Assembly (NCBI RefSeq): GCF_036321535.1
Contig: NC_087436.1
Span: 89,220,001-89,284,000, forward strand
Length of the DNA: 64,000 nt
Source: Camelus dromedarius
Taxonomy: Eukaryota
Direction: 5' to 3'
Shown: positions 13,601 to 25,836 of the stretch, one piece after another
Layout of the letters: every line of letters begins with the position of its first letter
How positions within the stretch are numbered: position 1 is the first letter of the stretch
Translations under genes and position numbers: made by a program
Notes under the pieces: model-generated
Told to the model about the DNA's origin: nothing
The model's input: only the letters and a program-made list of their open reading frames with translations
Databases searched by the model: none

Positions 13601-14381
13601 TTTTTTTTTAATTAAAATATAGTTGATTCACAATATTATATTAGTTTCATGTATATACCATAGTGAGTAAATATTTTTATAGACTATACTTCCTTTAAAT
13701 TTATTAGAGAACAATGGCTCTTTAACCTGAGCACCCAACACCCACACCTCGTAGCCTTTCTCTTGCCTTTTGAAACAGCCTACACTCTATGTAGTATGTA
13801 TCTCTAAATAAATCCATCTTTACTCAGAAAAAGGCTTTATTTCCTTGTGCAATACAATATATCCTTTTTGCTTATCTATTTTATACATAGTAGTTTTTAA
13901 TCTCTTAATCTCATATCCCTACCTCCTCCTTCCCCCCCTCCCCATTGGTACCCACTGGTTTGTTTTCTATATCTGTGAGTCTATTTGTTTTGTTATATAC
14001 ATTTGTTTTTTTTTTTTTAGATTCCATATATAGGTGGTAACATAGAGTATTTGTTTTTCTCTGTCTGACTTACTTCACTAAATATCTAAACTCTAAACTA
14101 TACTAAAGGAAACTAAATTAAAATATCTAAACATCAAATTCTCTAGCTCCATCCACATTGTTGCAAATGGCAGAATTTCATTTTTTCTTATGACTGAGTT
14201 ATATTGCATTGTGTGTGTGTGTGTATACCTTTTTTATCCATTCATCTCTTGATGGACACTTAGGTTGCTTCCATGTTTTGGCTATTGTAAATAATGCTGC
14301 TGTGAACATTAGGGTGCATGTATCTTTTGAAATTCATGTTTTCGTTTTCTTTGGCTATATACCCAGCAATGGAATTGCTTG
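13601..14381 (-). mobile_element. 5'-truncated L1 (3'UTR and ORF2 end) carrying two secondary insertions
   Basis: Poly(T) head; collinear with the L1 copy at 50344-50725; TSD tct(g/a)atca(t/g)ctttt at 13587-13600 and 14382-14395. Confidence 0.88.
13720..13832 (+). mobile_element. Short ERV LTR-derived insert ending just past its poly(A) signal, nested in the L1
   Basis: Absent from the related L1 at 50.4 kb; shares caacac..cacctcgt and atctctaaataaatc....tttactca with the solo LTR at 58403-58956; ends in gaaaaa. Confidence 0.7.
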
Positions 14382-14664
14382 TCTAATCAGCTTTTCTTTA
14401 ATTCCCTAACTTGTCTTCTAGGTGGAAAATTTCCTTCCAGGAGAGGGGAGGAATATGAAGTGGACCATAAATATGAGGGTTTAATGCTTCAAAAAGATAT
14501 GAATTTTGTTTTAAAAATCTGAACATTCAGGGAATAAAATGTATACTGTCAGGCCAAGGAAAATTTTCATGTATGAATTAGACCTGGGTTCAGAACCTGC
14601 AGGGCTAACAGTCAAACATCTGTTACAATCATTGGCACAGACTGAACTTTATGCTCACAGTCCA

Positions 14665-15180
14665 GTGTAGTGGTTTGGAAACACAGTGGTTTATTATTTA
14701 TACTCAAGATGTAGTTCCTGGAATCTCAGGCCCCACCTTAGGTACATAGCACTACTGAATCAAAATATGTATTTTCACAAGATCTGAAGTGATTCAAATG
14801 CACAAAAACCAAACTCATAGAAACAGAGAACAGACTGATGGTTGCCAGAGGCAGGGGTTGGAGGGTAGAGCTGAAGGTGGTCAAAAGGCACAAACTCCCA
14901 GTTATAAAATGAATAAGTCCTGAGGATATTGTGTATGGCATTGTTACCATAGTTAATTATACTGTATTGTATATTTGAAGCTTGCTAAGAGAGTAGATCT
15001 TAAAAGTTCTCATCACAGGAAAAAAATTGTAACAATATGAGGTGATGGATATTAAGTAATTGTGGTAATCATTTTATAATATATACGTATATCAAATTAT
15101 TATGTATACCTTAAACTAATATGTTATATGTCAATTATATCTCAATAAAATGGACGAAAGCAGTAAACTTTGAGAACTAG
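14665..15180 (+). mobile_element. MER5-like hAT DNA transposon interrupted by an L1MA9-like 3' end (about 14803-15150)
   Basis: ctcaggccccacc...tactgaatcaaaat...ttttcacaagatc...gtgattcaaatgcaca | L1 | taaactttgagaac is MER5-like; the insert contains gctaagagagtagatcttaaaagttctcatcac...ctcaataaa, typical of L1MA9. Confidence 0.75.
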
Positions 15181-15801
15181 AGGGATTGATGGTCAGACTG
15201 GCTGAGGTTTAATCCTAGCAACTTACTACCTATGTCATCTTGTCCCACTTAATCTTTCCAGATTTTAGCTTCATATCTTTTCTCTTTTGTTCTCAATAGT
15301 GTATATTCACTATGCTTTGAAGTCAGGGGCTTTAAAAGCTTTTGAAAATGCTCGTGAAGGCTTTCAAAAACACATATTGTAGAACATGTGCAGGTGTTGA
15401 CAATGATCAAGTTCGTTGGAAAGATTAAAAAAGATAACATGTACAGAGTTATTAGCACACACTGTATGTTGGTTTAGGGTATGTGCACAATACATGATAG
15501 TTAAATTTCTTTTGTCTGCCAAGTCAATTAAAAATTAACTATCAATTTAACTAATTTAGATAGAGTTGAATAAAGTTAGCAGAGAATGAGTGGGCAGTAC
15601 TTGCACCTCAGCTGCTGAGTAAGCGGCTGGAAAATGTACCATATGACACATACAATTATTTTATTAACTAAATTTTCCTAATGATGGCTTCATCTGCCAT
15701 TTTGGAGAAAATTTCTCAGGTATCATCATACTATTCTATTCCTTGAACCTAGTAAAGGTAAAAGATTAAGGGAGTCAGATCAAATAGGAAATCAAAGTCG
15801 C

Positions 15802-15910
15802 TTTTTTTTTTAATGGAGATGCTGGGGATTGAACCCAGGACCTTATGCATGCTAAGCATGTACTCTACCACTGAGCTCTACTCTACCTCCCCCACCCACC
15901 CTGTGACCCG
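15802..15910 (-). mobile_element. tRNA-derived SINE, Vic-1-like, short form
   Basis: Reverse complement reads ggggagg..gagctcagtggtagag..gcttagcatgcataaggtcctgggttcaatccccagc..poly(A); flanks aagtcgctt / aagttgctt are a probable TSD. Confidence 0.88.
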
Positions 15911-17669
15911 AAGTTGCTTCTAATTGAACCATTTGTTCTGAGAGGAGGGAGAGCAGATCAAGGTGGCTAAGTGCTTTCTTGCATTTTCCAATACAATTAT
16001 CCTGAATCCTGAATGCCAGTGCAGCCGCTTCTTGCCAAAGATAGGCTGCTGGACACCAGTGAAGTGCTTAAAGATACTCCACCTTTATATTAGAGTGTGT
16101 GGTACAACAGAGCCTGGAAACTCACTGCATTAAAAAAGCAACAGTCTGATTCAACTAAAAATTTATTTATTAAGCACCTACAGCTCCTCTCTGCCTGGAT
16201 TTGGGGAAAGAAAGATGAATCAGACCAGGTACTCAAACTTTAGGAACTCATAATCAAATGTGGTGTGGGAGGCAGACTGTTGAGTCTGTGGATAAAAATG
16301 CCTAGTTCCTTCAGCTGACTTGCTTCAGCATGCAAGTCAGCTACTAAAACTCCAACACAAACTTAGCCTTCCTATACGCCATGATCTATGCTGCTCCCAG
16401 AAAGGGCCTTGTTCAAAAATAATTCTGAAGCAGGCATTAGATCATTTCCTACACTTAGATGGCTCACCACTGCCATAACACTGTATATAAGGACCCCACT
16501 TATCCTCCCAGGCTTGACTCCTGCACTTAACTCATTCAATGTATTCTCCATCCACTCCAAATCTTTCCAGGTACTTCCACTGACTGCCCTGACAGCTATT
16601 TCATTCCCATGACCTCTTCTCTTTTTGGCAAGCTTTTCAGCATTCCTCAAAATTGAGCTCAAATAATCACCTTCTTGGAAAAATCTCTATGTTCTTCTTC
16701 ATTTTCCTTGGAAGACTTGGGCGCCTGTTCCTTTGTGGTCCTAGTCCATTTGGTACATTTCCATTCCCAGGATACTTTGTACATTGCACTAGAGTTATTT
16801 CTTTCCAAGATTCTCTCATTCTCTAAACAATATGTATTACTCAATTTTGTATCTCTAGCAACTGGAATGCTGCTGGCACACAGCTGGTGCTCCATGTAAG
16901 TTTGGTGAATGGATAACCAGGGATTAACTACATTAGGTATTTGCCTGATGTGGATCGATACACTTACTGTAACTCCCAATCACAAAGCAAACTGAATTTA
17001 TGTAAGTGAAGAAGTTACATACTGAGCTCAGCACAGGAAATTTAACTATTTTATTTGGGTACTATCAGTGATTTTTAAACATATTAATTGGTGAAATGTT
17101 ATTATTTAATGAAGTCTATCTGGGCTCAATAATATACTTTTAGACCCTTTAAAGACTCTTTCAGACCAATCTTCAATGTCACACAACACAGTAGAGGGAG
17201 CAGGGGGAATGGTTTCTTGATTTTCCTTCTAAAGTATATTGGATTTCTGACAAACGGTGAGCTCCAGGAGTAACAATATTTGTTGATATAAGAATTTTCA
17301 GAGAGGACTATTGATCGCAGTCCGACAAGCACAACATTGGTTAAGTTGGCACCCAAAATACAATTTTCCCTTTTGAAGGTCAGTTAGATTTTGGGGTGAA
17401 AAAATCAACCAGAAACACACCTGGTGAATAAATGGGTTATCAATCCAAAAAAATACCACCTTGCATTAAAAAAAAAAACCCACCTTAAAGTGATTATAAA
17501 GTAATGAAATCAATATCATCAAGTGGTTTGTGAACTAACTCTGAACTAGCTTTGAAGACAAATATATGTTAGTTTTTTTTTTTAATGTGGTTAACTTGGC
17601 TGGGATCTTCACTCATTTAGATTTATATTTTGTGTCCTGTTTACTTATTTTTTATCTAGTGCGTGCTTT

Positions 17670-19110
17670 CATCCAACAAATACTGCTATAAGCTTACCAT
17701 AGACCACCACGACCTAGTCATTGGGATTAGAGCAGGAGACAAAGTAAAGTTCATGTACTCAGGAAACTGATAATCCAGTGTTTGGAGACAGACATCAAAG
17801 AACAAACAAGTATGTGATTTGAAAAATGATTGTAATGGCTAAGACAGAAAACAAATCAAGGCAAGCGGAGAGCGACAAAAGGCCTCTGTGAGCAGATGGA
17901 CTGTGGGATCTGGGTGAGAGAGCCAGCTTTGTGGATTTCTGGAGGAAGAAGTCCTTCAGGCAGAAGGGCTTCTAGGAGTCAGGCCCCAGGCAGGAGTCAG
18001 CTTGGTGTATATGAGCATGAAGGCCTCTGTGACTACAGTGAAGTGACTGAAGGGAAGGGCTGGGAAATGAGGAGCCTGGGGCCAGATTATGTGGTGCCTC
18101 ATTTTGATTTTTTGTTTTAAAATAATTAATTAATTTAATGAATTTGTTTTATTTTTTATTGAAATGTAGTTGATTTACAATGTTGGTTTCAGATGTACAG
18201 CAAAGCATTTCAGTTATGCATATACATACATATACACACATATATTTTCAGATTCCTTTCCATTATAGCTTATTACAAGAAATTGAATATAGTTCCCTGT
18301 GCTATACATAGGTCCTTGCTGTTTATCTACTTTATATATAGTAGTGTATATTTGTTAATCCCAAACTCTTAATTTATCCTTCCTCCATCTTTCCCTTTGA
18401 TAACCATAGTTTGTTTTCTATGTCTGTGAGTGTATTTCTGGCTTATAAATCAAATTTGTATTTTTTTTTTTTTTTAGATTCCATATATAAGTGATAGCAT
18501 ATGGTATTTGTCTTTCTCTGTCTGACTTACTTCACTTAGTATGATAATCTCTAGGTCAATCCATGTGGCTGCAAATGGCATTATTTCATTCTTAAACACA
18601 AAAGATCCCTAAAAGTCAAAACAATCTTGAGAAAGAAGAATGGAGCTGGAGGACTCATGCTCCTTGACTTCAGACTATACTACAAAGGTATAGTAATCAA
18701 ACAGTGTGGTGCCTCATTTTGGATTCTTTTCTGATGAGGTGAGAAATCATTGGAGGGTATTTAGTACAAGTGACATGACTTAACTTCTGTTTCAAGCATC
18801 ATCATGGCTGCTGTGCAAAGAATAGACTGTGTAGGAGGGGCTAAAAGTTAGCAGAGGAGTCTCCATTAGGGAAGGTCCACAAAATATCATGTGTACATGC
18901 CTGTATGTTTGAAAACGAATGAATACTTATTTTCATGGAGGGCAAATTTCATTTCTTATACCAGTTGCTCAGAAGTCTGTGGCCTTAAAGCACTGTATCT
19001 GTAAAGGAATGGTGGCAGCCTTGTTCAGGCAAGAAATGATAGTGGTTCCAACTAGAGAGGGAGCAACAGTGTAGGTGACAAATGCAGTAGGATTTATTCA
19101 GGATATACTT
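17670..19110 (-). mobile_element. LINE-2 fragment interrupted by a young L1
   Basis: catccaacaaata.. is the L2 3' end in reverse; the G/A-rich L2 body continues on both sides of the L1 at 18107-18704. Confidence 0.65.
18107..18704 (-). mobile_element. 5'-inverted (twin-primed) L1 insertion
   Basis: Minus-strand 3' end at 18107-18593, then a plus-strand ORF2 piece at 18594-18704 (KHKRSLKVKTILRKKNGAGGLMLLDFRLYYKGIVIK); perfect 17-bp TSD tgtggtgcctcattttg at 18090-18106 and 18705-18721. Confidence 0.92.
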
Positions 19111-21093
19111 AATTTATCGTCATCCTTAATGTGGATATGCAGTGAGTCCACGAAAAGAAGCATTTATTTCCCAGTATGAATTTAGGTAGGTTCATTTCTT
19201 AATAATTTTGAGCGACTTGAAGTGAAAGTTGGACTTGGGTCCATTTTTGCCACTGGCAACCTGTGTGACCTTAACATCAATTGACATAAACTTGTTTATC
19301 TACAAACTAGATTGTTATGAGGATCATACGTAACCTGCAAGTAAGTGTGCTTAGGAGGTTAGGGAATTTGTTCAGTACAGAGGCTGAATATGGTGCTGAA
19401 AGCATTAAAACCACAGTTCCTACTTCATAATAATGCTTCCAGTATTTACTATGTGTGCAGCCTTTTGAAAGTTATTTAACCACCGTCTGGCCTTTATTTC
19501 CTCATTTAACATAAGAATATTAGTTTACCTCGAAGGGATTTTTGTGAGAATGCAATAAGACAATCCATGCAAATTTTTTATAGTGTCTGGCATATAGCAA
19601 GCACTCAGTAAAGTTTAGCATTTTATTCAATTGTTAGCTTCTATGATATCACCATTTGGACAAAGCATCTCTAAGAGCTAATCAACAACAATGCCAAAGG
19701 GTCTCTCTAATAAGGAAACCTGCTATAAATAATGCAATGGAATTAATATTGTCTCTTTAGTTGAAGATGTTATTGCTTAATAGGATGCTATGTTTAAGTT
19801 ATTTTTCCATGATAGGTAATTTCTGAGTTCCATGGTTATTGTCTGCACATAACGGGATAGGTGGGATCCCTTAAAGATTCAGAAAAGTAACTTGGTTAGA
19901 AATATACATAATTTCATGAGACCTCCAAAATGCCTAGACCATTTTCATTGACATTTCTTGTTACTGAAACTGATGTTTCTTGTTACTAGACCCCTGAATT
20001 GTTGGGGAATTTTTTCAGGTACAAGTTTCCTCCATAAAACAAAGTTTCTAATTTTAGCCAAATTAAAAATGACAAATAGGGACCTTTCTGTGATGTGGGG
20101 TCCATGTTCTGAGACTCAGTATGCCTGCTGGTGTGCTCAGGACACCATTATTGACTTTCCATCGGACAACTGAGAGAGCACTTAAGCACAGTGATTACAA
20201 GAGAGAGCTCAGGATGGACTCCCCAGGTTTACTTTAGTGCTATTTGTTTGGAGACACTCCTCCCACCAGTTAATTTCTTGCCTTTGTAAAACTGCACATT
20301 CAGGAAATGTTGGTCAAAAATTCTACTGTTAGAAGACAATTTAATGTTGTCATGACATTTTGAGTGATGACACTCATCATTCCAGCATCCAGCCACCATA
20401 GCTTTGAACTGAGTCTGTAAGCATCAGTGCTTTATCTTGGTTTATTTTGTGCATCCATTAGCAATGTCTCCTAAGGTAATTGTTTCCTTGCTTTCTGCCA
20501 TTTCGGCTTATGAAAGATTTCATAGGAACACTCTGCTTTCTGAGAGTACAGACACCTATCCTCTGAAGGGCCACAGGTAACAGGAAGAATGAGAACCTGA
20601 ACTATCTTCTGTGATTCTATCACAGTGCTTAATAACTCACCACACCATCCTTTATAACAAGGAGAGTGGGCATACAACTCATACACGAATTAGTCCATAT
20701 ATTATATATCATATATTGTCAGGAAATTTGAATGTTGACCTTTACATTTGAGGCTGAAATTTAATTCATTCCTTTATATGACTGATTTCTTGTAAGCCGT
20801 GACATTTTACTCCGTGGTGGTGGAGAGGTGGTACAGACAATTTTCCAAGAAGCAGTAAGTAGTCTTATTTCCTTCTAGAACTTTATTTAGGAAGGAACAG
20901 GATTAAAAGAAAGAAGGCCACCTTTCTTCCTGCAAGAACTGGAGGAGCTCTGCAGTGACCCTACCGCCCATGAATAACTTCGGGAGGAAGTGTGCCCAGT
21001 GGAAAAACGGAAGGATTTTGTTAACTTTTAGGTTCCAAGGACTGGTCATTATTATAAACGCATGGAGATGAGCATTAAGAAAATGACTTCTTG

Positions 21094-21816
21094 CTTCCAT
21101 GTCTTGGCTATTGTATATAGTGCTGCTATTAACATTGGGGTGCAGGTATCTTTTCAAATTGAAGTTCCTTCCGGATATATGCCCAGGAGTGGGATTGCTG
21201 GATCACGCGGTAAGTTTATTTTTAGTTTTTAAAGGAATCTCCATACTGTTTCCATAATGTCTACACAAAACTACATTCCCACCAACAGTGTAGGAGGGCT
21301 CCCTTTTCTCTACACCCTCTCCAGCATTTATTGTTTGTGGACTTTTGAATGATGATCATGCTGACTGGTGTAAGGTGACACCTCCTTGTAGTTTTGATTT
21401 GCATTTCTCTGTTATACTAAGTGAAATAAGCCAGAAAGAGAAAGAAAACTACCATATGATATCACTCATATGTGGAATCTAAAAAAACGACACAAATGAA
21501 CTTATTTACAGAACAGAGACAGACACACAGACATAGAAAACAAACTTATGGTTATCAGGGCGGAAGGAGGGAGAGAGAAATAAACAGGGAGTGAGGGATT
21601 TTTAGATACTAATTACAATACATAAACTAGATAAACAACAAAGTCCTACTGTATACACAGGGAACAGTATTCAATACCTTGTAATGACCTATAATGAAAA
21701 AGAATATGAAAAGTTACATATATATATATATGATTAATTGAATCACTGTGCTATATGTCAGAAATTAACTCATTATAAACTGACTATACTTCAATAGAAA
21801 AAAGAAATAAAAGAAG
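21094..21816 (+). mobile_element. 5'-inverted (twin-primed) L1 insertion
   Basis: Minus-oriented ORF2 C-terminal piece at 21094-21411 joined to a plus-oriented 3' end at 21412-21816; TSD agaaaat(g/t)a(c/t)ttcttg at 21078-21093 and 21817-21832. Confidence 0.9.
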
Positions 21817-24800
21817 AGAAAATTATTTCTTGACAAAAGACAATGAAATGAATACTGCAAATGTAATCAGAACATTCTTCTAGACACCATGTAAATAAAT
21901 CAAATTAAAAATAAATCTAAAGCCTATTTTAGAGGAAAGAAAGCAGGTATGGTAGGCCTGCTGCTCTGTAACCCAAGCCATGGCCCAGGAAGAAATAAAA
22001 AGTGAAACACATAACCACAGGACAGCCAAACAATTATTCTGTGGTAATAAGCTAGACCTCCAAGTCCTAACCTGCCTTTAACTACTCTGTCTAAGAGATG
22101 TAATATTCAAAAATCCTACATGTCTGGAATTTTCTGATCTCGTGATTCCCTCCTGCATTGAGGACCACCGAGGCCACCAAACTTTAGGTATATCATTGTG
22201 AATGTTGAGGGAGGCACCTGGGAATCACTGTCACTCATGCAATCCTATACCCTTAAGCTTTGCTGACCTAGGAACAAAATCAAGTCAAAATAACCTCAGA
22301 TGAGTATAGCTTATTATTCTATCTGACCCTTGAACTTGGATTGGCTTCTGAAGCCTGATCTTGCTCATGGGAGTACAACCAAAATTGTCAAAGGAAACTA
22401 ATTAAGCTGGGGAAAGGACTGAGCTGAGCAGGGCTTGGCATTGCTTCCGTGCAGGGCTACAAGCCATCCCACCATTACGGTGTGTGATTTACAATGAAGT
22501 GAAAGTGAGTTAAGGTGAAACAACAGAGTTCTTACTGTTCTTTGGGGAAATTCAGTTATTCCTCTGTCCATCCAATCATTCATTCATCCAGGTAGCCATT
22601 CATTCATTCAAAAACATTACATGTTTACAATATACCAATTCTTAAGGAGATAAAGAAATGTATAAAATAGAGGATTTGCTCTCAGTAATCTGCTAATCTA
22701 GTTGAAGATGTAGCACGTACAAGAGTGGTGAAAGGTCATTGGGTGTGACAATTATGAGATGACTAATGACTGAAAGGAGTGCTGTTTTGGTAGAGTGGTG
22801 GGGTGATGGAAACGTGGATGATAAAGAGTGGTTTCCTCCAATCTTATTCTGGTATCTAGGAATGGGAACAAAGGAAGTAGATTATTAGAGTAAACATAGG
22901 TGGCCACTAGCCTTCTGGAGAGATTGAAAGGTTTTAAAATGTAGTGGAGAACCACATTACAGTGGCCAACCATGGCATCCTGACTGAACAAGAGTCTAAT
23001 GTGGGGCTTGTGGAAAACTGGATGAAGAGGTTAAGGTCACAAAGCATGTAGACTAGTCATAGACTTTCTGGTATGCTTTTGACCTGAATGATATAGGAGG
23101 TCAATAAACTGAGAAGTGGCCCATAGTATTATCTATTTAGATGCAGAATCCATTGGATTGATGGTAGAGTGGAATGAAAAACCAAAACTGTGAGTTATGT
23201 GAGTTGTATTGAAAGGTAGCTGTAACTCCATGGGGATACAAGACAACACTAGTAGGGGTTGAAAAAAGGTGGTATAGGCAGATATAGAAAGAGAGGAGCA
23301 ATTTAATTGCTTAGAAGCAACAATTTGGGAAAAGGAAAATACGTACATTGCCCTTCATTTCCAAAGTTTGGAAAACTGAGGAAGGGCAAGGGCTCTATGG
23401 AAGAAATGAATGGCTAGGCCATGCATTTAGAGGACTAGCAGCTCACAGGTCCAGAGGACAGAGGGAAAGGGGCCAATTATCTTTTGAGTCACATACTGTT
23501 CCCTATGCACATAATAAGCAAAAGTTCTTCTTTTCTAAATATCGAGGGAACTCTATAACATGGTTGTTACTGTTTGGCAAACATGAGATTCTACAGCATC
23601 ATTTGCTCATCAATTAAAAGCACTAAAAGATAGTTCTGATTCTTTGTTTGAAAATTTGAATGGTATGATTTACTTACTGTGTGAAACTGTGACTCACTTC
23701 TTACACTTTCCTGTAACATATCATCCTGAAGTTTAAAGGGCATTGCATTAATAGCATTCAGTAGCATACCAGATTATCACCCCCACCTCTAAAAATATAA
23801 TTACTCCAGAAATTTCCACACTTTCCTAGGATGGCCTAGGAAATGTCTTCAATGTTTCTGTGAAAAAGTCCTTTTAGCCTCCAACACAAGCTCACTCACT
23901 TTTGAGTGCAGAATTATCAGTGCCTCTAACCACAGGGTCCAAGCAACAATGAAGGCTCAAACTATGCCTTCTGTGACTCCAAGATTCATGCCTGGGCTGA
24001 GTTTCTGCTCTGGTTGGGGCCACCATCCTAGACAGCATTGTAGTGTATAGTCAAGGAAAAGGCAGGAAACTTGGCCATCCTGTCAAGGTCAGAGCCCTGA
24101 TCTATGTAGTTCTAAGCAAGATATGTGTATAGTCCCTCCTCTCTATAAGTTTAGGGTGGAAACTTCCACCTGGCTCCCCTACTGTGAAGTCATTAAAACC
24201 CAGGATGCTTGCAGGAGTACTCTCCCTTGGAAAATGAGCTAATAAGCAAAATTTACCAAAAACACAGAGAGAATAAATGTTATGAGTAAACAGTATAAAC
24301 AGCTTACACCTGAGGAAATAGTAATCTAATGATAATAGTAACTACAATAGTAGCTAGTCACAAGCACTAATTATGTACCAAGCACTGTACTAAATATATG
24401 TGTGCGTATATATATATTTACATATATAATTATATATATATAATTATTGTTCTCGCACCCTCATGAGATAGACACTATTGCTTTCACTATCTTATGGGCA
24501 AGGAAATTGAAAGACAGAGATATTAAGTAACTACTCAAAAGAAGAAAGGTAGTAAGTTATGGAACCAGAATTAGAACTCAGCATCCAAATCCAGTGTTCA
24601 GATTTTTAGCCACTGTGTTCTACTGCAATCTAAAAAAGCTTCAGGTTACATACAATTAATATTCCTAAATAGATAAAAGAGTAAAAAGCTTAAATAAAAT
24701 CATGAAATTATTTAGATTGGTATTAAAAACGATCATTGGAAAACAGAAATTAAAAATATGGTTGTTGAAATAAAAGTTCTAAATAATGAGCCAAGTGGAG

Positions 24801-25240
24801 AACTGAACACAACTGAGGCTGAGTTGTTGAACTAAAAAATTAAGTTGAGGAAATGTCTCAGAATTCAATATAAAAAATAAAGATCTAGAAATTATAAAAA
24901 ATATTAAGAAACAGATAAAATAGACCCAGAAGCTCAAAAATAAGCCTGAAATTAGTTACAAAAGGAGAGAATAAGGAGAGGGGAGGTAAACCAACATTTT
25001 GAAATATGATAGTTGAAAACTTACTTGAATTACTAAAATAGGAGTCTTTAACTTAAATAAAATATCCCAGAATGCTGAGTATGCTTAAAAAAAAAAAAAA
25101 AACCCAGAAAACCACCACCACCAAGGCACAATATAGTCAAAGTAAATGTAGAGTCAATGGCAAAGAAAAAATTCTAAAGTATAATAGAAAGTATGAGGGT
25201 TTTTTAAAAATTAGTAATGCAATTCAAAGGACAGTGGAAA

Positions 25241-25447
25241 ATAGATAAACAACAAGTTTATACGGTATAGCACAGGGAACTATATTCAATATCTTGTAGT
25301 AACTTATAATGAAAAAGAATATGAAAACGAATATATGTATGTATATGTATGACTGAACTATTATGCTGTACACCAGAAATTGACACAACACTGTAAATTG
25401 ACTATGCTTCAATTAAAAATTAAATTTAATTAAAAAAACACAAAAAC
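25241..25447 (+). mobile_element. Young 5'-truncated L1 3'UTR
   Basis: Perfect 16-bp TSD caaaggacagtggaaa at 25225-25240 and 25448-25463; same 3'UTR family as 7110-7345. Confidence 0.93.
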
Positions 25448-25784
25448 CAAAGGACAGTGGAAATGAATCTCCAAAGTGTTGAGTAAAAATATCTTTAAAA
25501 GTAGAATTCTATACCCAAAGCCTATTAAAGAACCCAGATGAGATAAAGACATTTTCTGATGTATGAACCAGATTCCTGCTGCTTATATTCCAGCATGAAG
25601 GAAAATAAAATGAAAACGAAGCTGAGAATTGAAAGAAGCAAGCATGAACCACAACAAAGATTAGCAATACCTGTCGGTAAATACCAATGAGTGTTGATTC
25701 TTAAAATACCATAGTGTAACGATGTTTATGTGCTCAAAAATGAGCTGTAATTAACATTCCTGACAGTAAATATTGGAAGAAACG

Positions 25785-25836
25785 CAGAGGATCTTGTCAT
25801 GTTTGTGAAGCAGAAGATCTTGTCATGTTTGTGAAG
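25785..25836. repeat. 26-bp tandem duplication
   Basis: caga(g/a)gatcttgtcatgtttgtgaag twice, one mismatch. Confidence 0.92.

Noticed and set aside
20903..21157. ORF starting MKRYLHPNVNSSTIYNSQDME
   Set aside because: Off-frame translation of the inverted L1 ORF2 fragment running into flanking DNA.
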